A stretch of 64,000 nucleotides of DNA from Candidatus Woesebacteria bacterium (lineage in GTDB: Bacteria > Patescibacteriota > Microgenomatia > UBA8517), in NCBI GenBank assembly GCA_013374855.1, contig CP055308.1:16358-80357 (forward strand), in the 5' to 3' direction. The notes beneath the pieces are model-generated. The model was not told where the DNA came from. It did no database searches and worked only from the letters and a program-made list of their open reading frames with translations. The translations under genes were made by a program, and so were the position numbers. Shown here in pieces: positions 28,843-37,520 of the stretch; the stretch's first letter is position 1; each line of letters begins with the position of its first letter.

Positions 28843-29562
28843 TTATTTAGCCAACAAACCAAATAGTTCACCCAAAAGCTGTGGAGGAAAACTGGAGGTT
28901 GTTCTTTTAGGCTCTGACACTCCTACAAAATTCGCCTTCACCTGTTCCAACTTACCTTGGTCATTTTTATATTGTCTCGTCAACCATTTAAGCATCCGCC
29001 TGTTTATTCTATCTACAATTTCGCTAGCCCTATGAATACCTTTCTCATCATCCAAAACAGCAAGCTCAATCAAATCGGCAGCTGTTTGCAAAATCCCCCT
29101 GCCGCGAGTGCCCTCTTGGGGCTCTCCATCATTGACAAGTCGTGGTAAATTAAGTTCTTCCCCTTTCTGGTGAGCAAATCGAACCAAAGCCTCAAATTTT
29201 TCTCTACCAAGCAAAGAAAAAACACCAAAAGCCCTATCTTCAAATTTACCCTCTCCCCCTCTGCAAAAAGAATCTAAAACGCCATCAGCAGGAAGAGGCA
29301 TCCACCTCCCTCCTTTTGGTTTGGATCTATCATAAACTAAAATTTCGCCTCCTTCGCCAATTTTTGCGCGAAACTGAGAAGCCTCAAGAGATTCTCGAAC
29401 TTCAGGAGAAACCTCTTTCTCCAAACCAAATATTTCCCTTAAGTTGTCATAAAAACCACGCAAATTATCAATATCAACCTTAATCGGTTTCTCCCTTTCC
29501 GCACAAATCAACATCTCTCTAATCAATAAATCTTTCAATCCGCCGGTTTCTTGCTCAACCAT
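28843..29562 (-). CDS. Hypothetical protein flanked by direct repeats
   Basis: 239-aa ORF; own TTGACA/TATAAT promoter upstream. Confidence 0.7.
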   Translation of the reverse strand: MVEQETGGLKDLLIREMLICAEREKPIKVDIDNLRGFYDNLREIFGLEKEVSPEVRESLEASQFRAKIGEGGEILVYDRSKPKGGRWMPLPADGVLDSFCRGGEGKFEDRAFGVFSLLGREKFEALVRFAHQKGEELNLPRLVNDGEPQEGTRGRGILQTAADLIELAVLDDEKGIHRASEIVDRINRRMLKWLTRQYKNDQGKLEQVKANFVGVSEPKRTTSSFPPQLLGELFGLLAK

Positions 29563-29627
29563 ACCAATTCACTTAAATTATACAACAAACTGTCAACAGT
29601 TCTCCTATTCATCATATAAAAAGAATG

Positions 29628-29667
29628 AAAAGTGAGAGGAGTGAAGCTGTATCACCCGGAGGGTGTG
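29628..29667. repeat. 40-bp direct repeat, copy 2 (overlaps RimK stop)
   Basis: aaaagtgagaggagtgaagctgtatcacccggagggtgtg. Confidence 0.85.
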
Positions 29668-30566
29668 GTAGAATGTTTGCGAAGAGACTCAAAGTATTTG
29701 ATAATCTCAAGTGCGGCATTAACGCCTGTATATTTTTCAAGACCTTCAAACTGAGGAGAAGGATTGACTTCCAAGATATAAGGCTTACCCGTGTCTTTGT
29801 TTATAATTATATCAACTCCTGCAATTTCTGTCCTTGATACTTTTGCTGCATTCTCGGCAATTTTTTTTATTTCTGGATAATTATCCAGCTCAAATTTTTC
29901 TCCTCTTCCTCCCTGGCTGATATTGCTTCTAAACTCACCTTCCCTTGTTGGAACTCGTTTCATTGCCCCTATTGCCTTGAAACCGACAGTAAAAATCCTT
30001 AAATCTCCATCATTTGGTATAAACTCGCGAATAACAACAGCCTTCACTCCTGTATGGTGAATCTCCTCAATCGCATTTTTAACCTCATCAAAATTGTGAC
30101 ACAAATAAACTCCTCGCCCTTGCCTCCCCGCACTGGTTTTGACAATTAAAGGATAATTAAACTTACCAATTACCGCCTCTGCTCCTTTTTTGTTAAAAAC
30201 AACGCAAGAAGCAGGATAAGGAAGATTGTTTTGAGTCTGTCGCAAGTAGTCAATCGCCGGCGTCAAATAATATTTATATCCAGCCTCAACAGTTTTTCTA
30301 TTTACAATCAAAGTCCCAAAATTTTCCGCTAAATAAGAAGCTGCCGTATACCACTCCCACCGCCTGTTACCAACCATAAGATAAATGAGATTATAATCTT
30401 TTAGATGCCTGCCATCGGCCAAGAATGCATCAAAACCATTAGTTTTACATTCCAAAATCAAATCAGCAGCGTAGCAACCTTCCACCTGATGTCCAAGTTT
30501 TCCTCCCTCTTCCTGAAGCCTCAAAAGCTGAATATTTGTAACAAGTCCTGCTATAAGGATTTTCAT
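29652..30566 (-). CDS. RimK-family ATP-grasp amino-acid ligase
   Basis: PLIVK..GRQGRGV, REFIP..DLRI, EFRSNISQGG, GVDII, LEVNPSP. Confidence 0.88.
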   Translation of the reverse strand: MKILIAGLVTNIQLLRLQEEGGKLGHQVEGCYAADLILECKTNGFDAFLADGRHLKDYNLIYLMVGNRRWEWYTAASYLAENFGTLIVNRKTVEAGYKYYLTPAIDYLRQTQNNLPYPASCVVFNKKGAEAVIGKFNYPLIVKTSAGRQGRGVYLCHNFDEVKNAIEEIHHTGVKAVVIREFIPNDGDLRIFTVGFKAIGAMKRVPTREGEFRSNISQGGRGEKFELDNYPEIKKIAENAAKVSRTEIAGVDIIINKDTGKPYILEVNPSPQFEGLEKYTGVNAALEIIKYFESLRKHSTTPSG

Positions 30567-30567
30567 T

Positions 30568-31443
30568 TTAAAATGCCCTCTCTATGGCATTTTCAAGCCA
30601 TATTCGAGCTATATTTTTACCCGTTGCCTTTTCCATCCCCACAAAACCAGCTGTATGATTAACTTCCAGAATATAGCGTCCTCCGTCTTTGCCTATTAGA
30701 ATATCCACTCCACCAACGGACATATCAACTGTCTTCAAGGCATCAATGGCAAGTTTTTCATCATCCTTGCTAATATTAAAGACCTCGACGCTTCCACCCA
30801 GAGAAAAATTGGCTCTAAATTCCCCTGGACTTGGAATTCTTCTCATACAAAAAACATTATTCCCTATAACAAGACATCGTAAATCATGTTCATAATCAAT
30901 AAACTCTTGCATCAAATAGCTTTTTGCCTCCTTACCTTGAGATTCTGCATCTTCGATAAATTCAGAGAGTTTTTCTTTTGAATCAATCTTAAAAACGGAA
31001 TATCCTTTACCAGCGCGAACCAATTTAACAACCACCGGAAAACCTATTTCTTCTGCCGCCTTTTTGTAGTCGGAAAAATTACGAGAATAGAAAGTCTTTG
31101 GAATAGAAATACCCTTCAAGGCAAGTTTCAAAAGATCTGATACCTTATCAATTGAATACTTGTGTTGTACAAAATTATTATCAAATACCTTAACACCGAG
31201 GCTTCTTAGATATTCAACAACTACAGAAATAGGCTTTATATTGTTAAAAATACCCCTTACAATAACAAGATCCGCCTTCGCAACTTCCTCTAAACGACCA
31301 AGATTTATTTTTGATTCGTCAACAAAGAATCTAAAATCACCAAGATCAAAAATTTCAAAATCATAACCTAAAGACAAGGATTCTTCCTTCAATCTCTCAT
31401 TTTCTACTAAAGATGGAAGCGTTGTAAGTAATACTATTTTCAT
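30568..31443 (-). CDS. RimK-family ATP-grasp amino-acid ligase
   Basis: FPVVVK, MQEFI..DLR, EFRANFSLGG, GVDIL, LEVNHT. Confidence 0.88.
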   Translation of the reverse strand: MKIVLLTTLPSLVENERLKEESLSLGYDFEIFDLGDFRFFVDESKINLGRLEEVAKADLVIVRGIFNNIKPISVVVEYLRSLGVKVFDNNFVQHKYSIDKVSDLLKLALKGISIPKTFYSRNFSDYKKAAEEIGFPVVVKLVRAGKGYSVFKIDSKEKLSEFIEDAESQGKEAKSYLMQEFIDYEHDLRCLVIGNNVFCMRRIPSPGEFRANFSLGGSVEVFNISKDDEKLAIDALKTVDMSVGGVDILIGKDGGRYILEVNHTAGFVGMEKATGKNIARIWLENAIERAF

Positions 31444-32777
31444 AAGCCCTTCAAGGAAAAACTTCTTACCAATCTTTCTTTTTCTTCTGCCTCAACTTCA
31501 GGCCTAACTAAAAATCCTTTTAAATCTTTCCTCCCTATTATAACAGGAAATTTCAAAGAATGCCTCTTTGAAACAGAAGCGGAAGTCTCAATTCTTCTCC
31601 CACCAAGCCAAAAAACAAGACCAATAATCTTCCTCTTCTCCTTCCCAAGAGAACTGCTTACATCTTTTGTCCAAAGGATATTTTCTTCCCCAAGAAGACC
31701 TAACTTCTGCGCTAGATTTCTATCAATTGAAGTCCTCCAAGCACCTGTATCTACTTTAGCGGCAACTTCAATTTTTTTACCACCAGCTGATTTAATTTTA
31801 ATTTTTTCAAAAGCATCTACTATTTTTATACCCTCTTCAACCTTTACTCTATCAGCAAAAGGTCCCGCAAATAAAGCTTTAGCTACTTTTATACCATGTT
31901 CCGCATCCCTTATTTTCAAATCTTCAACCTTTTCAAGTCTTTTCTTTAGCCCTACTCCATTTGCCATCTGTATCGAAAGGCCAGGTTGCGAGTTAATTTC
32001 CAAAACAACAGGTCCTTTAGTTGGGTGAAGAACTACATCCACTCCCACATACCCCAAGAAACAAGCTTCCTGAGCCAATATAGCAGTTTCTAAAATCTTA
32101 TTCCAATTAGGAATTTTTATCCCATGAAGCTTGCGTTTTGTACCAGGCTTAAATTTAATAATCTCTCCATGCCAAATAGCACGAGTTGTAATACCAGTTG
32201 CAATATCAATCCCTACTCCAATTGCTCCTTGATGAAGATTTGCCCTGCCCCCTGACTCCTTGGTAGGAAGCCTAAGCATCGCCATTACAGGAACACGATT
32301 AAAAACTATAACCCTAATATCCGGCGTCCCGCGATAGGCGTATTTTCTAAAAGCCTTATGCCTCCCAACATATTCTTCAATATAGGCAATATCCGGCTCA
32401 TTGCCCATTGAGAAAGCCCCTTCCAAAATATCAGTTGTGTGAAGCTTCAAATCGTCAACCGTTACTCTTTTCCTTTGCGTAGTAATCCAGCCATTGCCAT
32501 CCTTTGCCTTTCTTTTGACAACTATTATCCCCTCTCCCCCAAGCCCTTGGTTTGGTTTTAAGGCAAAGCTTGAAGGGAGAGTATTCCAATCAAAATTCCA
32601 GACATCCTCAAAGGTCTTAAATTTCGCATAAATTTCAGGCACCGGAACGCCTGCTTTTTTTAAATATTTTTTGGTCAAAAGCTTTGAGGCAGCAATAGCC
32701 TTACCTTTAGCAGTATTATAAACATAGGAAAACATTTTATTCCTTGCATTTATTCCCAAGATATCAGAAATTTTCAT
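31440..32777 (-). CDS. Alpha-L-glutamate ligase-like ATP-grasp (sugar-transfer-associated type) fused to RimK-associated retropepsin-like protease domain
   Basis: ILGINARN, KP..G.GG.GI, PDIRVIV, MAMLRLPT..SGGRANLHQGA, LEIN..PGL.IQ.AN; C-terminal AKVDTGAWRTSID..IIGR. Confidence 0.88.
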   Translation of the reverse strand: MKISDILGINARNKMFSYVYNTAKGKAIAASKLLTKKYLKKAGVPVPEIYAKFKTFEDVWNFDWNTLPSSFALKPNQGLGGEGIIVVKRKAKDGNGWITTQRKRVTVDDLKLHTTDILEGAFSMGNEPDIAYIEEYVGRHKAFRKYAYRGTPDIRVIVFNRVPVMAMLRLPTKESGGRANLHQGAIGVGIDIATGITTRAIWHGEIIKFKPGTKRKLHGIKIPNWNKILETAILAQEACFLGYVGVDVVLHPTKGPVVLEINSQPGLSIQMANGVGLKKRLEKVEDLKIRDAEHGIKVAKALFAGPFADRVKVEEGIKIVDAFEKIKIKSAGGKKIEVAAKVDTGAWRTSIDRNLAQKLGLLGEENILWTKDVSSSLGKEKRKIIGLVFWLGGRRIETSASVSKRHSLKFPVIIGRKDLKGFLVRPEVEAEEKERLVRSFSLKGL

Positions 32778-32806
32778 ATTTTTTGAATATAAAAGTTATT
32801 CTTTTT

Positions 32807-33712
32807 TTAAGAAGAAATCAATTTTCTAAAACGCCAATACTCCATAAAACGCAAACCCACATAACGCCCCACTAAAATATCGATTATCATTACCAAAAAC
32901 AGAAAAACCTCAGGATTTAAAAGCGCATATCGACGGAGTGGCTCAAGCGTTAAAAGAAAATAAGAAAAAAGAGCAAGAACTAAAGTTTCAGCTGTTAAGT
33001 TTAATGCTGTTCTTACGCTTTTCCCAAGCTGAACTCGAGAAAAATCCTCTGCCAATAAAACAAGAATAAGAACAGGAAAAATAGAAACATTAGTTAACCC
33101 AATTTCTTTCAATAAAGGTGCAGAAAACAAAAGACCCAAGACCCCAATTACCACAAACCACAAAAGCATTGCCATTCTTGGAAGATATTGAAGCCTAAGT
33201 TTTAGTTTTCTTGTAATCATTCTAAATAAAGTGGAAAAAAAGATGATAACGGTAAAAATTAAAACTCCAAGCAGAGGCCCAATGGCAATAAAAACAACCG
33301 AGAGAGCAGCCGGCATAAAAATTCCAAAACCGCGTAGGCCGATCAAATGACGGGAGGCGGCAATTAAGGCGGCAACGGCCGTTAAAAGCAAAAGTAAAAC
33401 TATCGTGTTTGCCGGCACTCCTGCGGCAACCGATTTTCTGATTGCATATTTCATAAAATTAAACGGCCAGACAGCGCCTATTCCTTGTTCTGCCAAAAGT
33501 TTTTCTAGAGGACCTATTGCTTCTTCCGTTTTTTGAGTTATGTCAACCTTGGGCAACGGTGTAGTGATTTCCTCAACTTTTGACGATTCCATTTGCTTAT
33601 CTATGGGAGTTGGCGGTGGTGAAGAAACCACAGGAAAAACCGCAAAAACAGATTTTGCACAAAAGAAGACAAAAACAAAAGCTGCCAACAAAGAAAGCTG
33701 CAGAAATTTCAT
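32807..33712 (-). CDS. 7TM domain protein (type associated with inactive transglutaminases/ATP-grasps)
   Basis: RHLIGLRGFGIFMP, YLPR, SIFPVLIL, GRYVGLR..EY.RF; signal peptide and Pro-rich linker. Confidence 0.8.
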   Translation of the reverse strand: MKFLQLSLLAAFVFVFFCAKSVFAVFPVVSSPPPTPIDKQMESSKVEEITTPLPKVDITQKTEEAIGPLEKLLAEQGIGAVWPFNFMKYAIRKSVAAGVPANTIVLLLLLTAVAALIAASRHLIGLRGFGIFMPAALSVVFIAIGPLLGVLIFTVIIFFSTLFRMITRKLKLRLQYLPRMAMLLWFVVIGVLGLLFSAPLLKEIGLTNVSIFPVLILVLLAEDFSRVQLGKSVRTALNLTAETLVLALFSYFLLTLEPLRRYALLNPEVFLFLVMIIDILVGRYVGLRFMEYWRFRKLISS

Positions 33713-33739
33713 AATCTATATTATACCGTAAGTACCCAA

Positions 33740-34350
33740 GAGTGAACAACAACGTTGACGCGAACAAACAACTTCCAACAACCAACTAACAACAAGATTA
33801 GAACATAAAACAAAGAACAACGCTCCCCGCGAACAATTAACAATTAACATTTAACAATTAACGGATAGAGCACATAACCTTGAACAAATCTCCTAACAAG
33901 GTCTGGCCTTTAATAAAGGCCAGACCTTTATAGAATCAAATTACAAATTACAAATTACAAAGCAAAAATAACAAATAACAATTAACAATTAACTATTGAC
34001 CATTAACCATTGACCCTTGAAATAGTAGAACAAAGAACATAGAACAAAGAACAAAGTGAATTAAGATTCTAGAATAAATTCATAAATCCTAATTCATAAA
34101 TCATAAATCAAATCTTCAACTTCTACTCTCCCGCTCTTCTATACAACATAGAACAAAGAACATAGAACAAAGTTAGAATATAGAATGTAGATTATAGAAT
34201 GTAGAAACAACTCAAGAGTCAGATATACATAATACCAGATACCAGATACAAATACTTTCTTATACTCTTATACTCTTATACTCTTCAACTCTTCCACCCT
34301 TTTAATGACTTTTGAATTAACTTCCACTTTTCCATTCTCTTACTCTCATC
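33740..34350. repeat. Mosaic array of 7-8-mer tandem repeats with a palindrome (array A)
   Basis: (caattaa)n, (acaaatt)n, (ccattga/ccattaa)n, (agaacaa/agaacat)n, (cataaat)n, (agaatgt/agattat)n, (taccaga)n, (tactctta)n; palindrome aaggtctggcctttaataaaggccagacctt. Confidence 0.9.
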
Positions 34351-34404
34351 AAAATTAAATCCTATAGTTGCAAAACGGAGGAGAATAAGATAAAATATAC
34401 ACAA

Positions 34405-35781
34405 ATGAGAGATACTGACAATAGAATTTCCAGACGGGAGTTTATGAAGCTTTCAGGTGTAGCAATTACTGGGGCAATACCTCATCAAATCATAGAAAGA
34501 GTAAGTCTCCTTTTATCTAAAGAAAGAATAACAACAATAAACACTTTAACAGCTCATCAAGCTGCATTTTATGCTCAAACAATATTTAAAGGCCAACCTT
34601 ACGAACTTGGAGTAAGAGATTGCGCGATGTTTGCCGCCCAATTTGCCTCATACTATGGCATACCCCTTGTAAGAACCAACACCACCAATATCAATGAATA
34701 TTCCCCTCAGCCTCCAAAAGATCCAATGCCAGACGCATCAACAATATTCCAAGTAAAATGGTTTGAAACAGCAGCAACTCTCCTACCGAAAGAACTTATT
34801 CAAACCTACTCCTACAATCAAATCGCGGATATAAACTCTTGGCATAAGATAAATCCCGGCTCATTACTCTACCTGAGAAACAAAGGGCGCACTCATCATG
34901 GATATAATACATATTTCCATACTCTTGCTTACATAGGAATTAACAAACAACAACCGATTTTTGCTGAATATAATGTAGGTATGAAAAAAGGCCCAGAAGT
35001 TGGAATACCGCTAGACAAGATTTTATCCAGATATCAAAACTTACCTAACGATCAGATAACAGGCACTATAATAAATGTCCCCGGATTATCAACTGAAATA
35101 TGGCAAAGACAAACAGGAAAAGTTTCCCCTAATTACGATTCTAGAATTTTAAGAGAGGCAGGTCAACAAATTCTAACTATAAACTTAATTGATGGCACCG
35201 CAACCTACTGGCAGGTAGATTCAAAAGGAAAATTCATTCAAAAACCGTTTGAAAACAAAGAAATGGAGGTTAGAACAGAAAGAATCGGCACCCAAATTCC
35301 ATCAGATCCGTATACCATACTCACCTTCTACAAGTTTACCCAGCCCCACTATTTTGTTTCCCTCGGTATGCCCACAACAGAAGAGGGATGTTTCTACGGA
35401 GCACCTCTTTGCGTTCCACGTTTTCTCACTATTCCTCCAATGGTAGCTGGTGTTAACCTCACAAGTGAGGGGGCTTCTCTGGAAATACTATACTCACCTT
35501 CAACAGGGAAAATAGAAAAAGGAACCCCACAACACGTTTATATTCTTCAGCCCAGTAATGCCTTTTTGCCAAAAAACACTGCTATCACATTCCCACCCCA
35601 AACCTTTGAAGCTATCCGGAAAACGATAGATAAAGGAATAAAAACAATTTTGATTTTATCATATCCACAATTTCCACAAGACATTCTCTTACAGAAAGGC
35701 AATTCTCTCCTTGGAAAAGATCCTTTACTTGATTTTCTTAACACCCACAAGATGCCTCCACAAGTTCTCACAGGCCGATAA
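34405..35781 (+). CDS. Twin-Arg-like protein with putative papain-like (NlpC/P60/amidase) Cys-His domain
   Basis: ISRREFMK; RDCAMFAAQF and later HTLAY resemble a DC...H dyad. Confidence 0.6.
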   Translation: MRDTDNRISRREFMKLSGVAITGAIPHQIIERVSLLLSKERITTINTLTAHQAAFYAQTIFKGQPYELGVRDCAMFAAQFASYYGIPLVRTNTTNINEYSPQPPKDPMPDASTIFQVKWFETAATLLPKELIQTYSYNQIADINSWHKINPGSLLYLRNKGRTHHGYNTYFHTLAYIGINKQQPIFAEYNVGMKKGPEVGIPLDKILSRYQNLPNDQITGTIINVPGLSTEIWQRQTGKVSPNYDSRILREAGQQILTINLIDGTATYWQVDSKGKFIQKPFENKEMEVRTERIGTQIPSDPYTILTFYKFTQPHYFVSLGMPTTEEGCFYGAPLCVPRFLTIPPMVAGVNLTSEGASLEILYSPSTGKIEKGTPQHVYILQPSNAFLPKNTAITFPPQTFEAIRKTIDKGIKTILILSYPQFPQDILLQKGNSLLGKDPLLDFLNTHKMPPQVLTGR

Positions 35782-35875
35782 ATCCCCTCCCTCACCTTAA
35801 AAACAAAATCTACCTTCCCAGATCAAAATAACTCCAAGAAGAAAAAACCACTAGACATTTGAGTGAGCAGAAAAA

Positions 35876-36730
35876 TTGTTTATTTCGGAGAAGAAGAGTA
35901 GAACAAAAAACTCTCCAAGGTCTCACAATAACCTGGCTAAACCAAAAAGTATTATATATTCAAGAACAAACCTAAAAATCAAAAGGAGAATTGTTCCAAG
36001 GATGAGCAAATACAAACTCAAGCCTCAACTTGATGAGTTTTGTTTGCAAAATAATCTCCAAATGGTATCAACTGCAACCATTGGGAGAATTATTAAAAGA
36101 AATAATCTGTTTTATTACAGATCAGGCAAAGTATATCACAATCCTGCATCTAAATGGGCTCAGAATGAGACCAAAAGAAAGAAAAAAGCAAGAGTCAGGT
36201 ATGCGCCAAAACCTTCAAATTTAGGTTACATTCAAATGGATACGGTTGAAAAAATAATTGATGGGCAAAGATGGTATATGTACCAGGCAATTGATGTTCA
36301 AGGGAAATCTGCCCTTTCCTTGACATACAGAAGACTTAATTCAAAAAACACAGTAGATTTCTTTAAAAAGTTCCAGTTTATCTTGCCTTACAAGGTAACC
36401 ACAGTCCAAACAGACAATGGACTTGAGTTTTTGGGGCATTTTGATGCCTACCTCCAAGCTCAGTGTGTCCCACATGTCTTTACTTATCCCAGATGCCCGA
36501 AGATTAATGGGGTCGTTGAGCGATTCAACAAAACACTAAATGAAGATTTTATTGAACCAAACCTCAATCTCATATATGACCAAAAACAATACAACAAAAA
36601 CTTAGCTGAATATATGATATATTACAACTGCATTAGACCACACGAATCATTAAATAATATGACACCGATTAACTACCTTATTCAGAAAGGAGGAATGTCG
36701 AAAATGTTGCGATCCTGTATATTGAATTGA
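35876..36730 (+). mobile_element. 5'-truncated IS481-like DDE transposase (rve core)
   Basis: QMDT, QAID, VQTDNGLEF, PKINGVVERFNKT, YN..RPH.SL...TP; N-terminal HTH missing, TTG start, no left end seen. Confidence 0.85.
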
Positions 36731-36785
36731 AAAACCAATACCTAAGTGATATAATTCATCAGACAAACAAGACTGCCCTCCCAAA

Positions 36786-37493
36786 ATGTCAAAAGAGAGT
36801 TTATCAAGAAGAGAATTTTTAAAGTTGGGTGGGGTGATTCTTGTTTCCCGTCTTGTTCCAGACTGCCTTAGGGAGGTTAAACCATTCCCTTTCATTAACC
36901 AAAAAAACCAGTCTCAATGTGCCATTGCTTCTATGACTATGTTAATTGCCAGTTTCAAACAAAGAGAGAACAAACCTGATGTCAATGTCGAAAATATTTA
37001 CGACCAAGTCCTCCAACAAGCAATCAAGACAACCAAAAGAGATCTAACCAAACCATCCTCAAATGGGGTATATGGAAACGAAATAATTCAAATTCTTAAT
37101 TCTATAGGGCAACAGCAGGGATGGATAGCAAAAGACAACAGGAGAAAAGCTTCTCCTGAAGTAGTTGAGCAACAACTATTAGCATACGGACCTGCCATTG
37201 TAGATATAAATGTAGATTACAAACCAATAAAAAAGGACTATTCTTTGAATCATTGGGTTGTAGTAACCAATCTAGAAAGAAAGGGGGGTACTCGTGTAAT
37301 AATAGCCGACCCTTTCAGAACACAATCAAAGGTTCCGTTTCTTCCATTTTCTCCAACCTTGCCTGAAGGTGTTCAATTCTACGACGGCGACAACAGACTG
37401 ATAATCGCGGAGTGGACAACCTTTACCTCATCAGCTGGAGGCGTTTTTATACAACTGCAAAGAACATACAAACGGACAACTCCTTCCATTTAA
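36786..37493 (+). CDS. C39-like cysteine peptidase with twin-Arg-like N-terminus
   Basis: LSRREFLK; PFINQ..QCAIASMTM, NHWVVV, IADP. Confidence 0.75.
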   Translation: MSKESLSRREFLKLGGVILVSRLVPDCLREVKPFPFINQKNQSQCAIASMTMLIASFKQRENKPDVNVENIYDQVLQQAIKTTKRDLTKPSSNGVYGNEIIQILNSIGQQQGWIAKDNRRKASPEVVEQQLLAYGPAIVDINVDYKPIKKDYSLNHWVVVTNLERKGGTRVIIADPFRTQSKVPFLPFSPTLPEGVQFYDGDNRLIIAEWTTFTSSAGGVFIQLQRTYKRTTPSI

Positions 37494-37520
37494 CATACTC
37501 AGGATATTCCCCAGACCCCC

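Noticed and set aside
33740-34350. CRISPR array
   Set aside because: No constant 25-40-nt repeat with unique spacers and no cas genes; units are 7-8-mers
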